33,374 bases of DNA from a virus (lineage: Duplodnaviria; Caudoviricetes): positions 1-33,374 of the IMG/VR virus record IMGVR_UViG_3300014202_001535; one strand, given 5' to 3'. The position numbers and the translations under genes were made by a program. Under the pieces are notes generated by a model. It was given only the letters and a program-made list of their open reading frames with translations. It made no database searches and was not told the DNA's origin. Shown here in pieces: positions 18,138 through 25,882 of the stretch; positions within the stretch are counted from its first letter, which is position 1; the number at the start of each line of letters is the position of its first letter.

Positions 18138-18800
18138 ACTATTCTCCTGTTTGTTACCCGCAGCCGATTCATTCGGCAGACGGAAGTCATAGATTTTCGG
18201 TTTATTGGTGAGGCCGACGCTGTCCATCAGGATGGGCCGGCAAATGAGCGTGCCGTTTTCCTCTCCCACCACGGCGCCGCGCCAGTAGGGCGAGAACCAC
18301 TTGAAGGCTCCCTTGCGCGGCTGCTCGTTCCACATGGGGTGCAGGAGCAGGCATTTTCCCTCCGTATCAACCTCGGCCTTGGAAAAATGGCCGTAGGCGC
18401 CTTTGTCCGGATACTGAGATGCAAATTCCGGCACGTCCGGATGCCCGACATAAATGGGAACGTCCTTGCCCTCCGCCGCTCTCGCATTCACGAACTCCGC
18501 CAGTTCGCGGGCGGACACTTCATCCAGGCGCTGCAGGACCGATCGCTGCCGTCCGCGGTACTCTTTCGTTTCGCCGTAGGGGTAATCGCGGAACGGAAGG
18601 ACAAACGGCTTATCCGTTTCCACGGAAAAGCCCGGCGCGATGCACGCGAGTGCCAAAATTTCACCGGCAGCGGCCGTCGTCTGCTCGTTTGCCAATTGCA
18701 ACGATTGCAACGCCATTGCAAACTGGAGATCGGGTCCCCGCCCCCGTCTTGGGGCGCGGGAGCCCGCCAAGCCCGTAGAACTCATTTTAAACGTCCTCAT
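17604..18800 (-). CDS. Mu I-like prohead protease with C-terminal scaffold (start may be 18716)
   Basis: VPIYVGHPD, AYGH, FKWFSPYW and SVGLTNKP motifs of Mu-like proteases; coiled-coil C-terminal half. Confidence 0.85.
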   Translation of the reverse strand: MRTFKMSSTGLAGSRAPRRGRGPDLQFAMALQSLQLANEQTTAAAGEILALACIAPGFSVETDKPFVLPFRDYPYGETKEYRGRQRSVLQRLDEVSARELAEFVNARAAEGKDVPIYVGHPDVPEFASQYPDKGAYGHFSKAEVDTEGKCLLLHPMWNEQPRKGAFKWFSPYWRGAVVGEENGTLICRPILMDSVGLTNKPKIYDFRLPNESAAGNKQENSMNREELIAFLNLDAAATDAQVKEALIALKKRAEDAEGKAEGLETEKTALANEKAAADTAKTETEVKLANERKAHAGVLIDFALAQGRATPATKAAWEKKLAEDFDKNVIALANEKPEMKTQSRTDALGRRDSDGRTKAQKIIDLVNEELPKHNGDRDAAYAAVKRNLKNKELFALAT

Positions 18801-20323
18801 GACTTTGTTCCCTTCGTTTCCTTTTGCCCAATCTCTCCGAGCGCCGCCGCCAGCATCTGATCGCCCAGGGCAAGGGCGTCCGTGGCCGCCAATTCCGGCA
18901 GCCGGGAAGGCATGCTCTGAATGATCTTCTCCGCCGCCGCGATAAACGCCTGTTCGTCCTTGGCCTCCGCTCCGGCCTTCTCAATTTCCGCCAGCACATC
19001 TTCCAGAACCTCTTTGCGCTTGGCCGTCACGGCCGCGACTGGATCGCCCGTCTCATTCGCCAGGCCAAGCCCAGGCTGCGAGTAGCCGGCCGCTGCCGGC
19101 GTCATGGCATCATCGGCCGTCGCGGCCTCAGCCCGCCCATAACGGGCCAGCGAGTCGCGCTTGGAAAGTTTCGTGCCGTGTTTGATGAGATGCTCGTCGA
19201 CCTTGATGTCGCGGTCGGTCGTGTCCTGGCTCGGCTGCTGCAGCCGGAAGTAGGCCAGCGGCACATCGTCTCCCAGGGCAAACTTGATAACGAACCGGTC
19301 AACCTGCTCATTGAGCGTCTCGGTGATGATCTCGCAGTTATCGGCGTCGAGCAGCACGGACTCCTCGCCCTGCAGGCTGGCGCCGGTGCCGTCGCCCTTG
19401 CCGCTTGAAATACTGGAGAGGTCACCGCCGCGCCCGAGCGCTGCAATTGCCCGGTCCATGCGCTCGACCAACGGTGGATAGGGCAGCGTCCCGGAAGTGG
19501 ACAAGTCAATTTTGTCCAGTCGATCGTCGAGCCCGGACACCATCGACCAGTCAATCGCGAATTGACGAACCGCCTCGACCAGCGCGGTCCACTCCGGCGA
19601 ATCTTTCTTCGCGTTCGTCTTCGCGTGCAGGCCGGGCGTCCCGTTCCGCTCCGAGTAGACGAGCCAGTCGTTCAGCGCCAATTTTTTAAATGCGGCCGCG
19701 ACCGCGCAGGCAATGCCCACGCCTTCACCGACCGTGACCATCCATTCGCCGTCCGGCATCTCAACGCCGTCAACCGCCCCGTCACTCTGGAGGAAGCGCA
19801 GCCGTCCGGTTGTGGCCTCGAAAAACCAGAGCGGGCAAAAAACAAATTCCGCGGTCAGCTTCCCGTCGGGTAAAATTTTCCAGATGATTTCATGGGCCGC
19901 GTACAGCTTGCCGAAGCTGTCCATCATCTGACGGACGAGCATCTTTACGCCGCCGCGCTGATTGCGCATCAGCGCGTGCGTCGTCCTCAGGTGAGCGTAA
20001 AAATCGGTCAACACCTCACGGTGTTTTTCGGCCCTGGCGTTTTCCTCCTCGCCTTCGACTATGACAATGTCATAGCCGTTCCTGGCGACGGACTTCTTCG
20101 CCTTCGAAAAAACGACCTTCGTCATGTCGTCGCGGTTTTCCAGCGCCTCCATGATCATGGCCAGGTCCTTCAAACGACCGGCCTCAAAATCCTCAATTTG
20201 TCGGGCCAACCGTTCCGGCTCGAAATTCCGCATCGGATTAAAACGCGAGCGCTTCGCCTGGACAACTCGCTCCGGGGAAATAAAGCTTTCCTTCTTTTTT
20301 TGCTTTGACGGCCGTGCCTTCAT
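18797..20323 (-). CDS. Portal protein, DUF935/Mu gp29 family (508 aa)
   Basis: MMDSFGKLYAAHEIIW and DWLVYSERNGTPGL motifs; follows the terminase. Confidence 0.88.
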   Translation of the reverse strand: MKARPSKQKKKESFISPERVVQAKRSRFNPMRNFEPERLARQIEDFEAGRLKDLAMIMEALENRDDMTKVVFSKAKKSVARNGYDIVIVEGEEENARAEKHREVLTDFYAHLRTTHALMRNQRGGVKMLVRQMMDSFGKLYAAHEIIWKILPDGKLTAEFVFCPLWFFEATTGRLRFLQSDGAVDGVEMPDGEWMVTVGEGVGIACAVAAAFKKLALNDWLVYSERNGTPGLHAKTNAKKDSPEWTALVEAVRQFAIDWSMVSGLDDRLDKIDLSTSGTLPYPPLVERMDRAIAALGRGGDLSSISSGKGDGTGASLQGEESVLLDADNCEIITETLNEQVDRFVIKFALGDDVPLAYFRLQQPSQDTTDRDIKVDEHLIKHGTKLSKRDSLARYGRAEAATADDAMTPAAAGYSQPGLGLANETGDPVAAVTAKRKEVLEDVLAEIEKAGAEAKDEQAFIAAAEKIIQSMPSRLPELAATDALALGDQMLAAALGEIGQKETKGTKS

Positions 20324-22380
20324 ACCGTGGCCCCCCGCCTACTCGACCTCGTCGGACGGAACCCGCGGCTCACCGCCTGCATGTGGTGTTCCGTCGATAC
20401 CGCACTTCCGCCCACCGTCTCCGCCAGCGCCCCATACGTCGCGCTCAGGAGGAAATGGTTTTCGATTCCGTCCACGAAATGGGAAACGCCGCGGTCGCCG
20501 ATTTCCTTGCGGGATCCCGCCATGAAATGTTTTTCCAACAGCTCCACCACGAGCGGGCTGCCCGGAACTTTTTGCGGCAGGCGGAGCGACGGCACCGTGC
20601 GCAGCTTCCCGTCCACCACATCGACCACATCCTCCGCCGCGGTCAGCAGTTCGTTGATCACCCGCTGAATCGACTCGTCGCGGTTGCATTGAATCACCGG
20701 GTACATTTTGCCGTCCTGGGTGATCCCCAGTTTGTGCCGGATGCCCTGGCCATCCTTCAGCGAGAATTCCACCGCGGCGCAGCGCAGTCCCGACCACTGC
20801 TGCAGGTCGCCGCGCCAGATCAAACCGTTCGGGAAATAAATCGTCGCCTTCTCCGGGTCCGGAAGTTTCGGAAAATCGAAATCCAAGAGCCCGTTCAATA
20901 TGTAGCAAAGGTCCCGCGCGAGCTCGCGCTCCGCGCCGATGTCGATGAACAGACAGGCCACCCCGAGCGTGTGGCACAAAATCGGAATGCGCTCACGGCA
21001 GCGCTCCGTGGAGAGCTGCTCCGCCCAGGACAAGCGCTTGTCTGTGCGCCCGAGCACATCACGCGCCGTGAACCAGCAGCGGTCGCCGGTGTCGAGCCCC
21101 GCGAAAATCTTCGCACCGGTCCGCGGCGTCAGCGAAAGATCAAACGCGTCGACCGTGCGTGCCCGCTCCATGATCGCCGGTTCGAGTTTCTGCAGCGTGG
21201 ACTTCGGAATCGCCATGCGGTCGCAGCGGAAAGAACGCATCGCCTCCGGATCACGCACCGCGCTCGTGCACCAATCAAAAACCATCTGCTTCAGCGCGAT
21301 CGCCGTTGTGCACATCTGCGAGATGCGAATAGAGAGCTTGCGCTCCTTGATCCGGTCCGGACGCCGCGGCACATAATCGATCGCGTCCGCATCAAGTTTG
21401 CAACCGCACTGCACGCAGCCGTAATAGTAATGGCCGTCGTGATCGAATTCCGCCATCGCCAGGTCAGAACCTGCCTGCCGGAAATCACCGGTAAACGTCA
21501 TCTGCGGATCGCTGCGCTTTGCCACACCATCCATCGCCAGGCGAACGATACCCGGCCAGTCCTCCTCCGGCTGATGATCATGTTTGCATTCCGGACACGT
21601 CGCGATACCGACGAACTGCGAGCCCTCCTCGAATTCCTTCTGCTGCCCCGCCCCGAAAATGCGCTGCGTGCCGATTGAAAAACGGAGGCGGAAATCCGAG
21701 GATGACATACGGCCGGGGAGAAACTTCGCGATGCGGTCCGGGATATCGTCCTTTTCATCCTCGATAATCACATCCATTGAAAACGATGTGGGAATTTTGC
21801 CCATGCCGCGCATGTAGCCGATCCCGGTGCGCACGCCGTCGGTCACCATGAATGCACCCTTGCGGTTCACGGCCTTGCCGGAGTCGTTCAGCATTTTCCC
21901 GATCTGCGTCATCTCCGCAAACCAGGGAGCGACATCGATCACCTCCGGCCGCAGCTTCGTATCTACGATTCCCTGGACAAGCTCATCGTCAGGGAGATAG
22001 TAACCAACGCGCAGAAACTTAATCGCCGTCAGATAGGCCATGAGCCACAGCGCGATGATCGTCTTTCCAAATTGCGCGCCGCCGCAGATAGCAAGGGAAC
22101 CATCGGTGAGTGGTACTCCCGTATGTGAACCCAGCAGATCATCGATCAAATCCGCGGCGACGCTCAATGGTTTGCGGCCGGCGAACGTATACGGCACGAT
22201 ACCGATCTTCGTCACGACGCGGGCCGCCTTTTCTAAAAACTCACGGAACGAGGAAACCTTCGGCGTCTCAACCGCCGGCGCAGAAGCCTGGTTAAACTTC
22301 GCATCCATCGAATCAATGGCGCTTCGTCCGCCCTTGGATGCTGAGCGTTGGCTGTTGGATGTTGAATGTTGTGTCTTCAT
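20320..22380 (-). CDS. Terminase large subunit, GpA-like (686 aa)
   Basis: Walker A GGAQFGKT; YYLPDD...KLRP; Walker B VIIEDE; CPEC and CVQC Zn motifs; nuclease AGLDTG. Confidence 0.88.
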   Translation of the reverse strand: MKTQHSTSNSQRSASKGGRSAIDSMDAKFNQASAPAVETPKVSSFREFLEKAARVVTKIGIVPYTFAGRKPLSVAADLIDDLLGSHTGVPLTDGSLAICGGAQFGKTIIALWLMAYLTAIKFLRVGYYLPDDELVQGIVDTKLRPEVIDVAPWFAEMTQIGKMLNDSGKAVNRKGAFMVTDGVRTGIGYMRGMGKIPTSFSMDVIIEDEKDDIPDRIAKFLPGRMSSSDFRLRFSIGTQRIFGAGQQKEFEEGSQFVGIATCPECKHDHQPEEDWPGIVRLAMDGVAKRSDPQMTFTGDFRQAGSDLAMAEFDHDGHYYYGCVQCGCKLDADAIDYVPRRPDRIKERKLSIRISQMCTTAIALKQMVFDWCTSAVRDPEAMRSFRCDRMAIPKSTLQKLEPAIMERARTVDAFDLSLTPRTGAKIFAGLDTGDRCWFTARDVLGRTDKRLSWAEQLSTERCRERIPILCHTLGVACLFIDIGAERELARDLCYILNGLLDFDFPKLPDPEKATIYFPNGLIWRGDLQQWSGLRCAAVEFSLKDGQGIRHKLGITQDGKMYPVIQCNRDESIQRVINELLTAAEDVVDVVDGKLRTVPSLRLPQKVPGSPLVVELLEKHFMAGSRKEIGDRGVSHFVDGIENHFLLSATYGALAETVGGSAVSTEHHMQAVSRGFRPTRSSRRGATV
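22342..22371. repeat. Degenerate 7-bp tandem repeat (tgRNYgt)x4 in the first codons of the terminase
   Basis: tgagcgt tggctgt tggatgt tgaatgt. Confidence 0.7.
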
Positions 22381-22943
22381 ACGGCGGCCTCCGCCGCTCC
22401 GCGCACCACATCGCGGAATTTGAAGAACAACTGCTCCGCCTCTTGATTCCCGCGGATATCCACGAACAACGCATCCAGGGCTTTTTCCTGCTGCGTCTTC
22501 AACGACTCCCGGAACTTCTCCATATCCAGCGCGATCCGCGCCTTCGTCAGTTCGGCCTGATCCATGCCGCCGACGATGTTCATGATCGTTTCAATGGTCT
22601 TGATGTCCACGCCCTGCATTCCTGCATCAAAAGCGATATGCATAAGCTGCGCCTTCAGCGCCTTGGCAATATCCGGTACACGCTCCGCCAGCTTGGCCCC
22701 AAACTGATCCGCATTCCGTGCCGACCGCAAAATACGCTCGCGGTTCAGTTGCTCGGTGTACTCCCGCCAGAACTTCGAAAGCGCCCGCGTCGAGACATCC
22801 AGTGAAAACTTTTCGAGCACTATTTTTTTAACATCAACCAGGCTGGCACCCGGAACACGCATCAGAAGATAGAGCTGGTCCGCCTGGTCTTCCGACAAAG
22901 CCTCCAACTTTTTATCTGATCTTGGTTTTTTATCCGTGTTCAT
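22377..22943 (-). CDS. Mu gp27-like (DUF3486) terminase small subunit candidate (188 aa)
   Basis: KPRSDKKLEALS N-terminus; HTH-like VSTRALSKFW; directly upstream of the terminase. Confidence 0.7.
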   Translation of the reverse strand: MNTDKKPRSDKKLEALSEDQADQLYLLMRVPGASLVDVKKIVLEKFSLDVSTRALSKFWREYTEQLNRERILRSARNADQFGAKLAERVPDIAKALKAQLMHIAFDAGMQGVDIKTIETIMNIVGGMDQAELTKARIALDMEKFRESLKTQQEKALDALFVDIRGNQEAEQLFFKFRDVVRGAAEAAV

Positions 22944-22960
22944 CCGCGTTTATCCGTGGT
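22931..22960. repeat. 10-bp tandem repeat x3 (YATCCGYGKT) at a gene junction
   Basis: tatccgtgtt catccgcgtt tatccgtggt. Confidence 0.8.
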
Positions 22961-23193
22961 TACTTTTCCGGCTTCTTCCCCAGGGATTTTATTTTTTCGA
23001 TATCGCCGGCGTCGGCCACCTGCAACAGCAGCGCAAAGATCACGGCGGCCGCCGCGATAAAGGAAGCCAGAACCTGCAGCACCGCAGATGCCACGATCAC
23101 TAGCAGCACAATCACGATCACCGCGGCAGCCAGAACAACGCAGCCCGCGGCAGCCCGCCCAACAAATCCAAATATTCCAGTTAATATTTTCAT
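22960..23193 (-). CDS. Small hydrophobic membrane protein, holin candidate (77 aa)
   Basis: About 45 contiguous hydrophobic residues (two TM helices) and a charged C-terminus. Confidence 0.55.
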   Translation of the reverse strand: MKILTGIFGFVGRAAAGCVVLAAAVIVIVLLVIVASAVLQVLASFIAAAAVIFALLLQVADAGDIEKIKSLGKKPEK

Positions 23194-23216
23194 GTCGTCC
23201 CTTCGCTTCCTTCCGC

Positions 23217-23480
23217 TCAATGTCCGGTTTCTTGTTTGAACCAGACCTCACCGCTCGGTGAAATAGCTACGCGCACCACATCGTCATCGCGCGCCATGAT
23301 TATTCGTTTCTCGCGGTCAAGCTCCTCCACAAGTTCCCGCGTCTCGCTCTCAAACGGTGCCGGGCGCGCTGTTAGGATTAGCTCGTTGTGCAATTCATCG
23401 GTGCGCAACGTGTAGCCGGTGTCTTTGACGTTCATGAGTATCCGCAGAATGGCGACCTTCAATTTTCGCTTACGGTTCAA
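23217..23480 (-). CDS. Mu gp26-like winged-helix protein (87 aa)
   Basis: KVAILRILM...GYTL...ISPSG pattern; Mu gene order; TTG start overlaps the upstream TGA. Confidence 0.6.
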   Translation of the reverse strand: MNRKRKLKVAILRILMNVKDTGYTLRTDELHNELILTARPAPFESETRELVEELDREKRIIMARDDDVVRVAISPSGEVWFKQETGH

Positions 23481-23785
23481 GATGCGTCCTCCTCGGTTGG
23501 AAGCTGAATGTCGATTTTTTCGCGGGCGGCAATTACACCAATGAGTTTAGCGAGTGGCCCGACCATATTGCGTAACCTCTTGTCGACCTTCTCCACCTTC
23601 AGGCTCAGCGCAGTCAGGCGGCGATCAAGTTCCGGGGCGGTAATCAGGCGCTCATTTTCTGGATCGGCCCGCTGCATCATTTTTGCCGTGAGGTTTTGCC
23701 AAAGAGAAAATCCCTGGTTAAGACCGACGATGATAAAAGACGCGCAGCCGATCCAAACCAGCAAATCGCTTGCATTCGGTTCCAT
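23477..23785 (-). CDS. Mu gp25-like membrane-anchored coiled-coil protein (102 aa); first late gene
   Basis: N-terminal TM (LLVWIGCASFIIVGL) followed by a coiled coil; precedes the gp26-like gene. Confidence 0.55.
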   Translation of the reverse strand: MEPNASDLLVWIGCASFIIVGLNQGFSLWQNLTAKMMQRADPENERLITAPELDRRLTALSLKVEKVDKRLRNMVGPLAKLIGVIAAREKIDIQLPTEEDAS

Positions 23786-23789
23786 CAGC

Positions 23790-23880
23790 GCACCCCCCCA
23801 AGGGGTGCCGGCGGCCAACCGAAGTCGAAAGGAAAAGTAACTCCTTCGGCGGCCGCCGGCGTGGGGGTGCCCGTTAGGGC
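23790..23880 (-). promoter_or_regulatory. Structured RNA leader of the late operon
   Basis: Inverted repeats 23807-23816/23851-23860 (10 bp) and 23819-23824/23844-23849; gcacccc at 23790 pairs with either 23802-23808 or 23863-23870. Confidence 0.6.
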
Positions 23881-24102
23881 GGGGTATTTCAAAATCACTT
23901 GTAGGCCTCCAATTCCATCAGGAAGCGAGAGAGGTAATTGCGCAGCGCCCGGCGGCGCTCTGAATGAACCGGCATTTGAATATCGCCGGAGGAAGGATAA
24001 AAACGAAGGACGAGCACCCCACCAATGTGAATGTGCGCGTCCTCCTGAAGGTCACTAATACATGGGGATTTATGACGGGGCGAGTTTACATGACACCCTC
24101 CA

Positions 24103-24160
24103 TTACCGTAGGATTTCTTTACACTGTCGGCTTTTTTAACACCGTCGGCATTTTTTACAC
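24103..24160. repeat. 18-bp tandem repeat, about 3.3 degenerate copies
   Basis: ttaccgtaggatttcttt / acactgtcggctttttta / acaccgtcggcatttttt / acac. Confidence 0.7.
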
Positions 24161-24226
24161 TTCGCATTGAGCCGCACAACTAACACGGCCCGACCCTCGC
24201 GCGAAGCACACCACCAGCGGAACAAA

Positions 24227-24250
24227 CAAAACCAGCAAAACCGACAAAAC
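24227..24250. repeat. CAAAAC x3 at 9-bp period (possible late-activator sites)
   Basis: caaaac at 24227, 24236 and 24245. Confidence 0.55.
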
Positions 24251-24283
24251 AAAAAAGCCCCGCGGAATTACCCGCGGGGCTTT
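24251..24283 (-). terminator. Intrinsic terminator of the leftward immunity operon
   Basis: aaagccccgcgg-N6-ccgcggggcttt stem followed by a T6 tract on the - strand, just after the 24309 stop. Confidence 0.85.
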
Positions 24284-24308
24284 ATCATAATATTATTTCA
24301 GACCAGCC

Positions 24309-24578
24309 TCACCCACTCGTATCAGCGGGCGGGCCGCCGCGCGTCTGGTTCGGCCCACACAGCTTTAGCCATTCGGCGCGTGTTTGTGAATTAAACCAAG
24401 CTTCTTTAGTTTCACCGGGGATCAAACCGTCAGCCGAGAGGCTGTCTATTAAATCTGTGGCGGATTTTAGCGCACGTTTAAGCATCACCGCATTCCACTT
24501 GTCGCCGCCGATAACTTCGCCTACCAATCCATTCGCGGCGAGGCCGTTGTCTGTCATCTCTGGTCTGTTGTCGCTCAT
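24309..24578 (-). CDS. Hypothetical protein (89 aa) in the immunity operon
   Basis: ATGA-coupled to the upstream gene; followed by the terminator. Confidence 0.6.
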   Translation of the reverse strand: MSDNRPEMTDNGLAANGLVGEVIGGDKWNAVMLKRALKSATDLIDSLSADGLIPGETKEAWFNSQTRAEWLKLCGPNQTRGGPPADTSG

Positions 24579-25060
24579 GGCTTAGTTTCCTTCGTTTCCT
24601 TTTGTTCAATTAATCTGCCTTCATCCGCTCGCTTCACCAACACATCAAGCGCCGCAGCCATCCGCTTCGTCGCGTCCCTCTGCTGGCGAGTAAATCGATA
24701 TATGCCGGCCATCCATTTGAGCGAAATGAAACCGGCAAGCAGCGACGCGATCTCTATCGCGCCGGCCTTCGACTCTCCCAAAATAACCGTCACAAAAAGT
24801 CCACAGCCCAGGACGAGGCTCATCCACGCGAATACTTCCAGAACGTTATCTGTATACATCGGCCAGTCATCACCATCGGCGGCCGTCCGCCTTTTTATTT
24901 TCTTCGCGGCCTGTTCCGGCCTCGCCTTCAATTCGGGAGCCGCCGTAAATCGCACGGTTGGAAACGGCACCCAACTGTGACCGCACAGGCACTCGGCCTC
25001 CTGCCCCGATTCAACCTCGATGCTGGCGCCGGTTTTACAACGTGGACAAACTATATTCAT
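24575..25060 (-). CDS. Zn-ribbon plus two-TM membrane protein (161 aa; start may be 25111)
   Basis: CPRC...CLCG N-terminus and two hydrophobic helices; co-transcribed with the repressor. Confidence 0.65.
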   Translation of the reverse strand: MNIVCPRCKTGASIEVESGQEAECLCGHSWVPFPTVRFTAAPELKARPEQAAKKIKRRTAADGDDWPMYTDNVLEVFAWMSLVLGCGLFVTVILGESKAGAIEIASLLAGFISLKWMAGIYRFTRQQRDATKRMAAALDVLVKRADEGRLIEQKETKETKP

Positions 25061-25094
25061 GATTAACCCCGCGAGTGAATCTACCGCGATAGAT

Positions 25095-25295
25095 TCACTT
25101 TTTCTTTCCATATCCTGGCCGTGCTTCTCTCGTAATCGGTATCGTCATGTACCCGTCGTGTTTAATTTTCTGGATATAATCAATGGTCGCCTGGCGAACG
25201 ATCGCAGCCTTTTTAATTCCCGAGCTGTTGGCAATCTCGGTGAGTTGCTCCTCAATTTCATCGTCGAATCGAATGCTGACGCTGGCCTTTTTCAT
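25095..25295 (-). CDS. Ribbon-helix-helix protein, putative immunity repressor (66 aa)
   Basis: SVSIRF beta-strand, helix DEIEEQLTEIA, G turn, helix KAAIVRQAT (CopG/Arc pattern). Confidence 0.7.
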   Translation of the reverse strand: MKKASVSIRFDDEIEEQLTEIANSSGIKKAAIVRQATIDYIQKIKHDGYMTIPITREARPGYGKKK

Positions 25296-25383
25296 GTCCA
25301 ATGTGTAGCGCGTTTGTAGCGCAACCTCAACCGTAAAAAAATAAAGATTGACGTTGTAGCGCAATGCACTACATTTACCACCA
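25296..25383. promoter_or_regulatory. Divergent promoter/operator region (lysis-lysogeny switch)
   Basis: Rightward TTGACG(25348)-16-TACATT(25370); leftward TTGAGG-17-TACACA; TGTAGCGC at 25304, 25315 and 25355, plus inverted GCACTACA at 25366. Confidence 0.75.
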
Positions 25384-25572
25384 ATGAAAGCAAATCGACT
25401 TCACAAGCCATCCAACATCAGGTTTCATCCCGCTGTCACTGGCGATCTGAATCTTCTGTCGAAGAGATTCGGCGTTACCAAAAGTGATCTGGTGCGTAAT
25501 GCCGTGAAGGAAAAAATAGCCGAGTGGCACAAAAGCGACAGTGTTGTGTTTAAGGGTGCCGCCAATGGCTGA
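25384..25572 (+). CDS. Ribbon-helix-helix protein in the Ner/Cro position (62 aa)
   Basis: SNIRF strand followed by LNLLSKRFGVTKSDLVRNAV RHH pattern; first early gene. Confidence 0.75.
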   Translation: MKANRLHKPSNIRFHPAVTGDLNLLSKRFGVTKSDLVRNAVKEKIAEWHKSDSVVFKGAANG

Positions 25573-25882
25573 AGTTGCGTCATCCATCGACATGGTCGAA
25601 ATGCTTATGCGCCGGCTTCCGCCTGGCGACACGGTCACAATCCCTGATGTTGTTGTCGCGTGGAACAAAGACCGCACCGTCGTCGATGGGTGGGTCAGGA
25701 CCGGCGAAGTTGACGCCATCGATTTAGGCGGCGGGAATTGCGAGTACTGGGAGATCAGCAAAGTTTCCCTCCGTGTATTTCTAAATCGCCGCTCCGCCGG
25801 CATCCGCGCCCCCGCCGAGCGCCGCCTCGAAAATCGGCAGCTCAATCTCTTTGACTCACCAATGAAAGGAAAAACCAAATGA
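25565..25882 (+). CDS. Excisionase/MerR-like HTH DNA-binding protein (105 aa)
   Basis: TIPDVV...TVVDGWVRTGEVDA...WEISKVSL pattern; C-terminal QLNLF. Confidence 0.65.
   Translation: MAEVASSIDMVEMLMRRLPPGDTVTIPDVVVAWNKDRTVVDGWVRTGEVDAIDLGGGNCEYWEISKVSLRVFLNRRSAGIRAPAERRLENRQLNLFDSPMKGKTK

Noticed and set aside
2864-22805. Long + strand ORFs opposite late genes (e.g. 2864-3895, 16166-17215, 17775-18860, 20305-21678)
   Set aside because: Antisense shadows of GC-rich genes; Arg/Pro-rich, no motifs or RBS, and they fully overlap well-supported genes
24103-24160. Possible mini-CRISPR array
   Set aside because: Contiguous 18-bp tandem units with no spacers, and no cas genes
23895-24179. 94-aa - strand ORF with VKKADS repeats
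   Set aside because: No convincing RBS or recognisable motif; lies in the probable late promoter region; not excluded but unsupported
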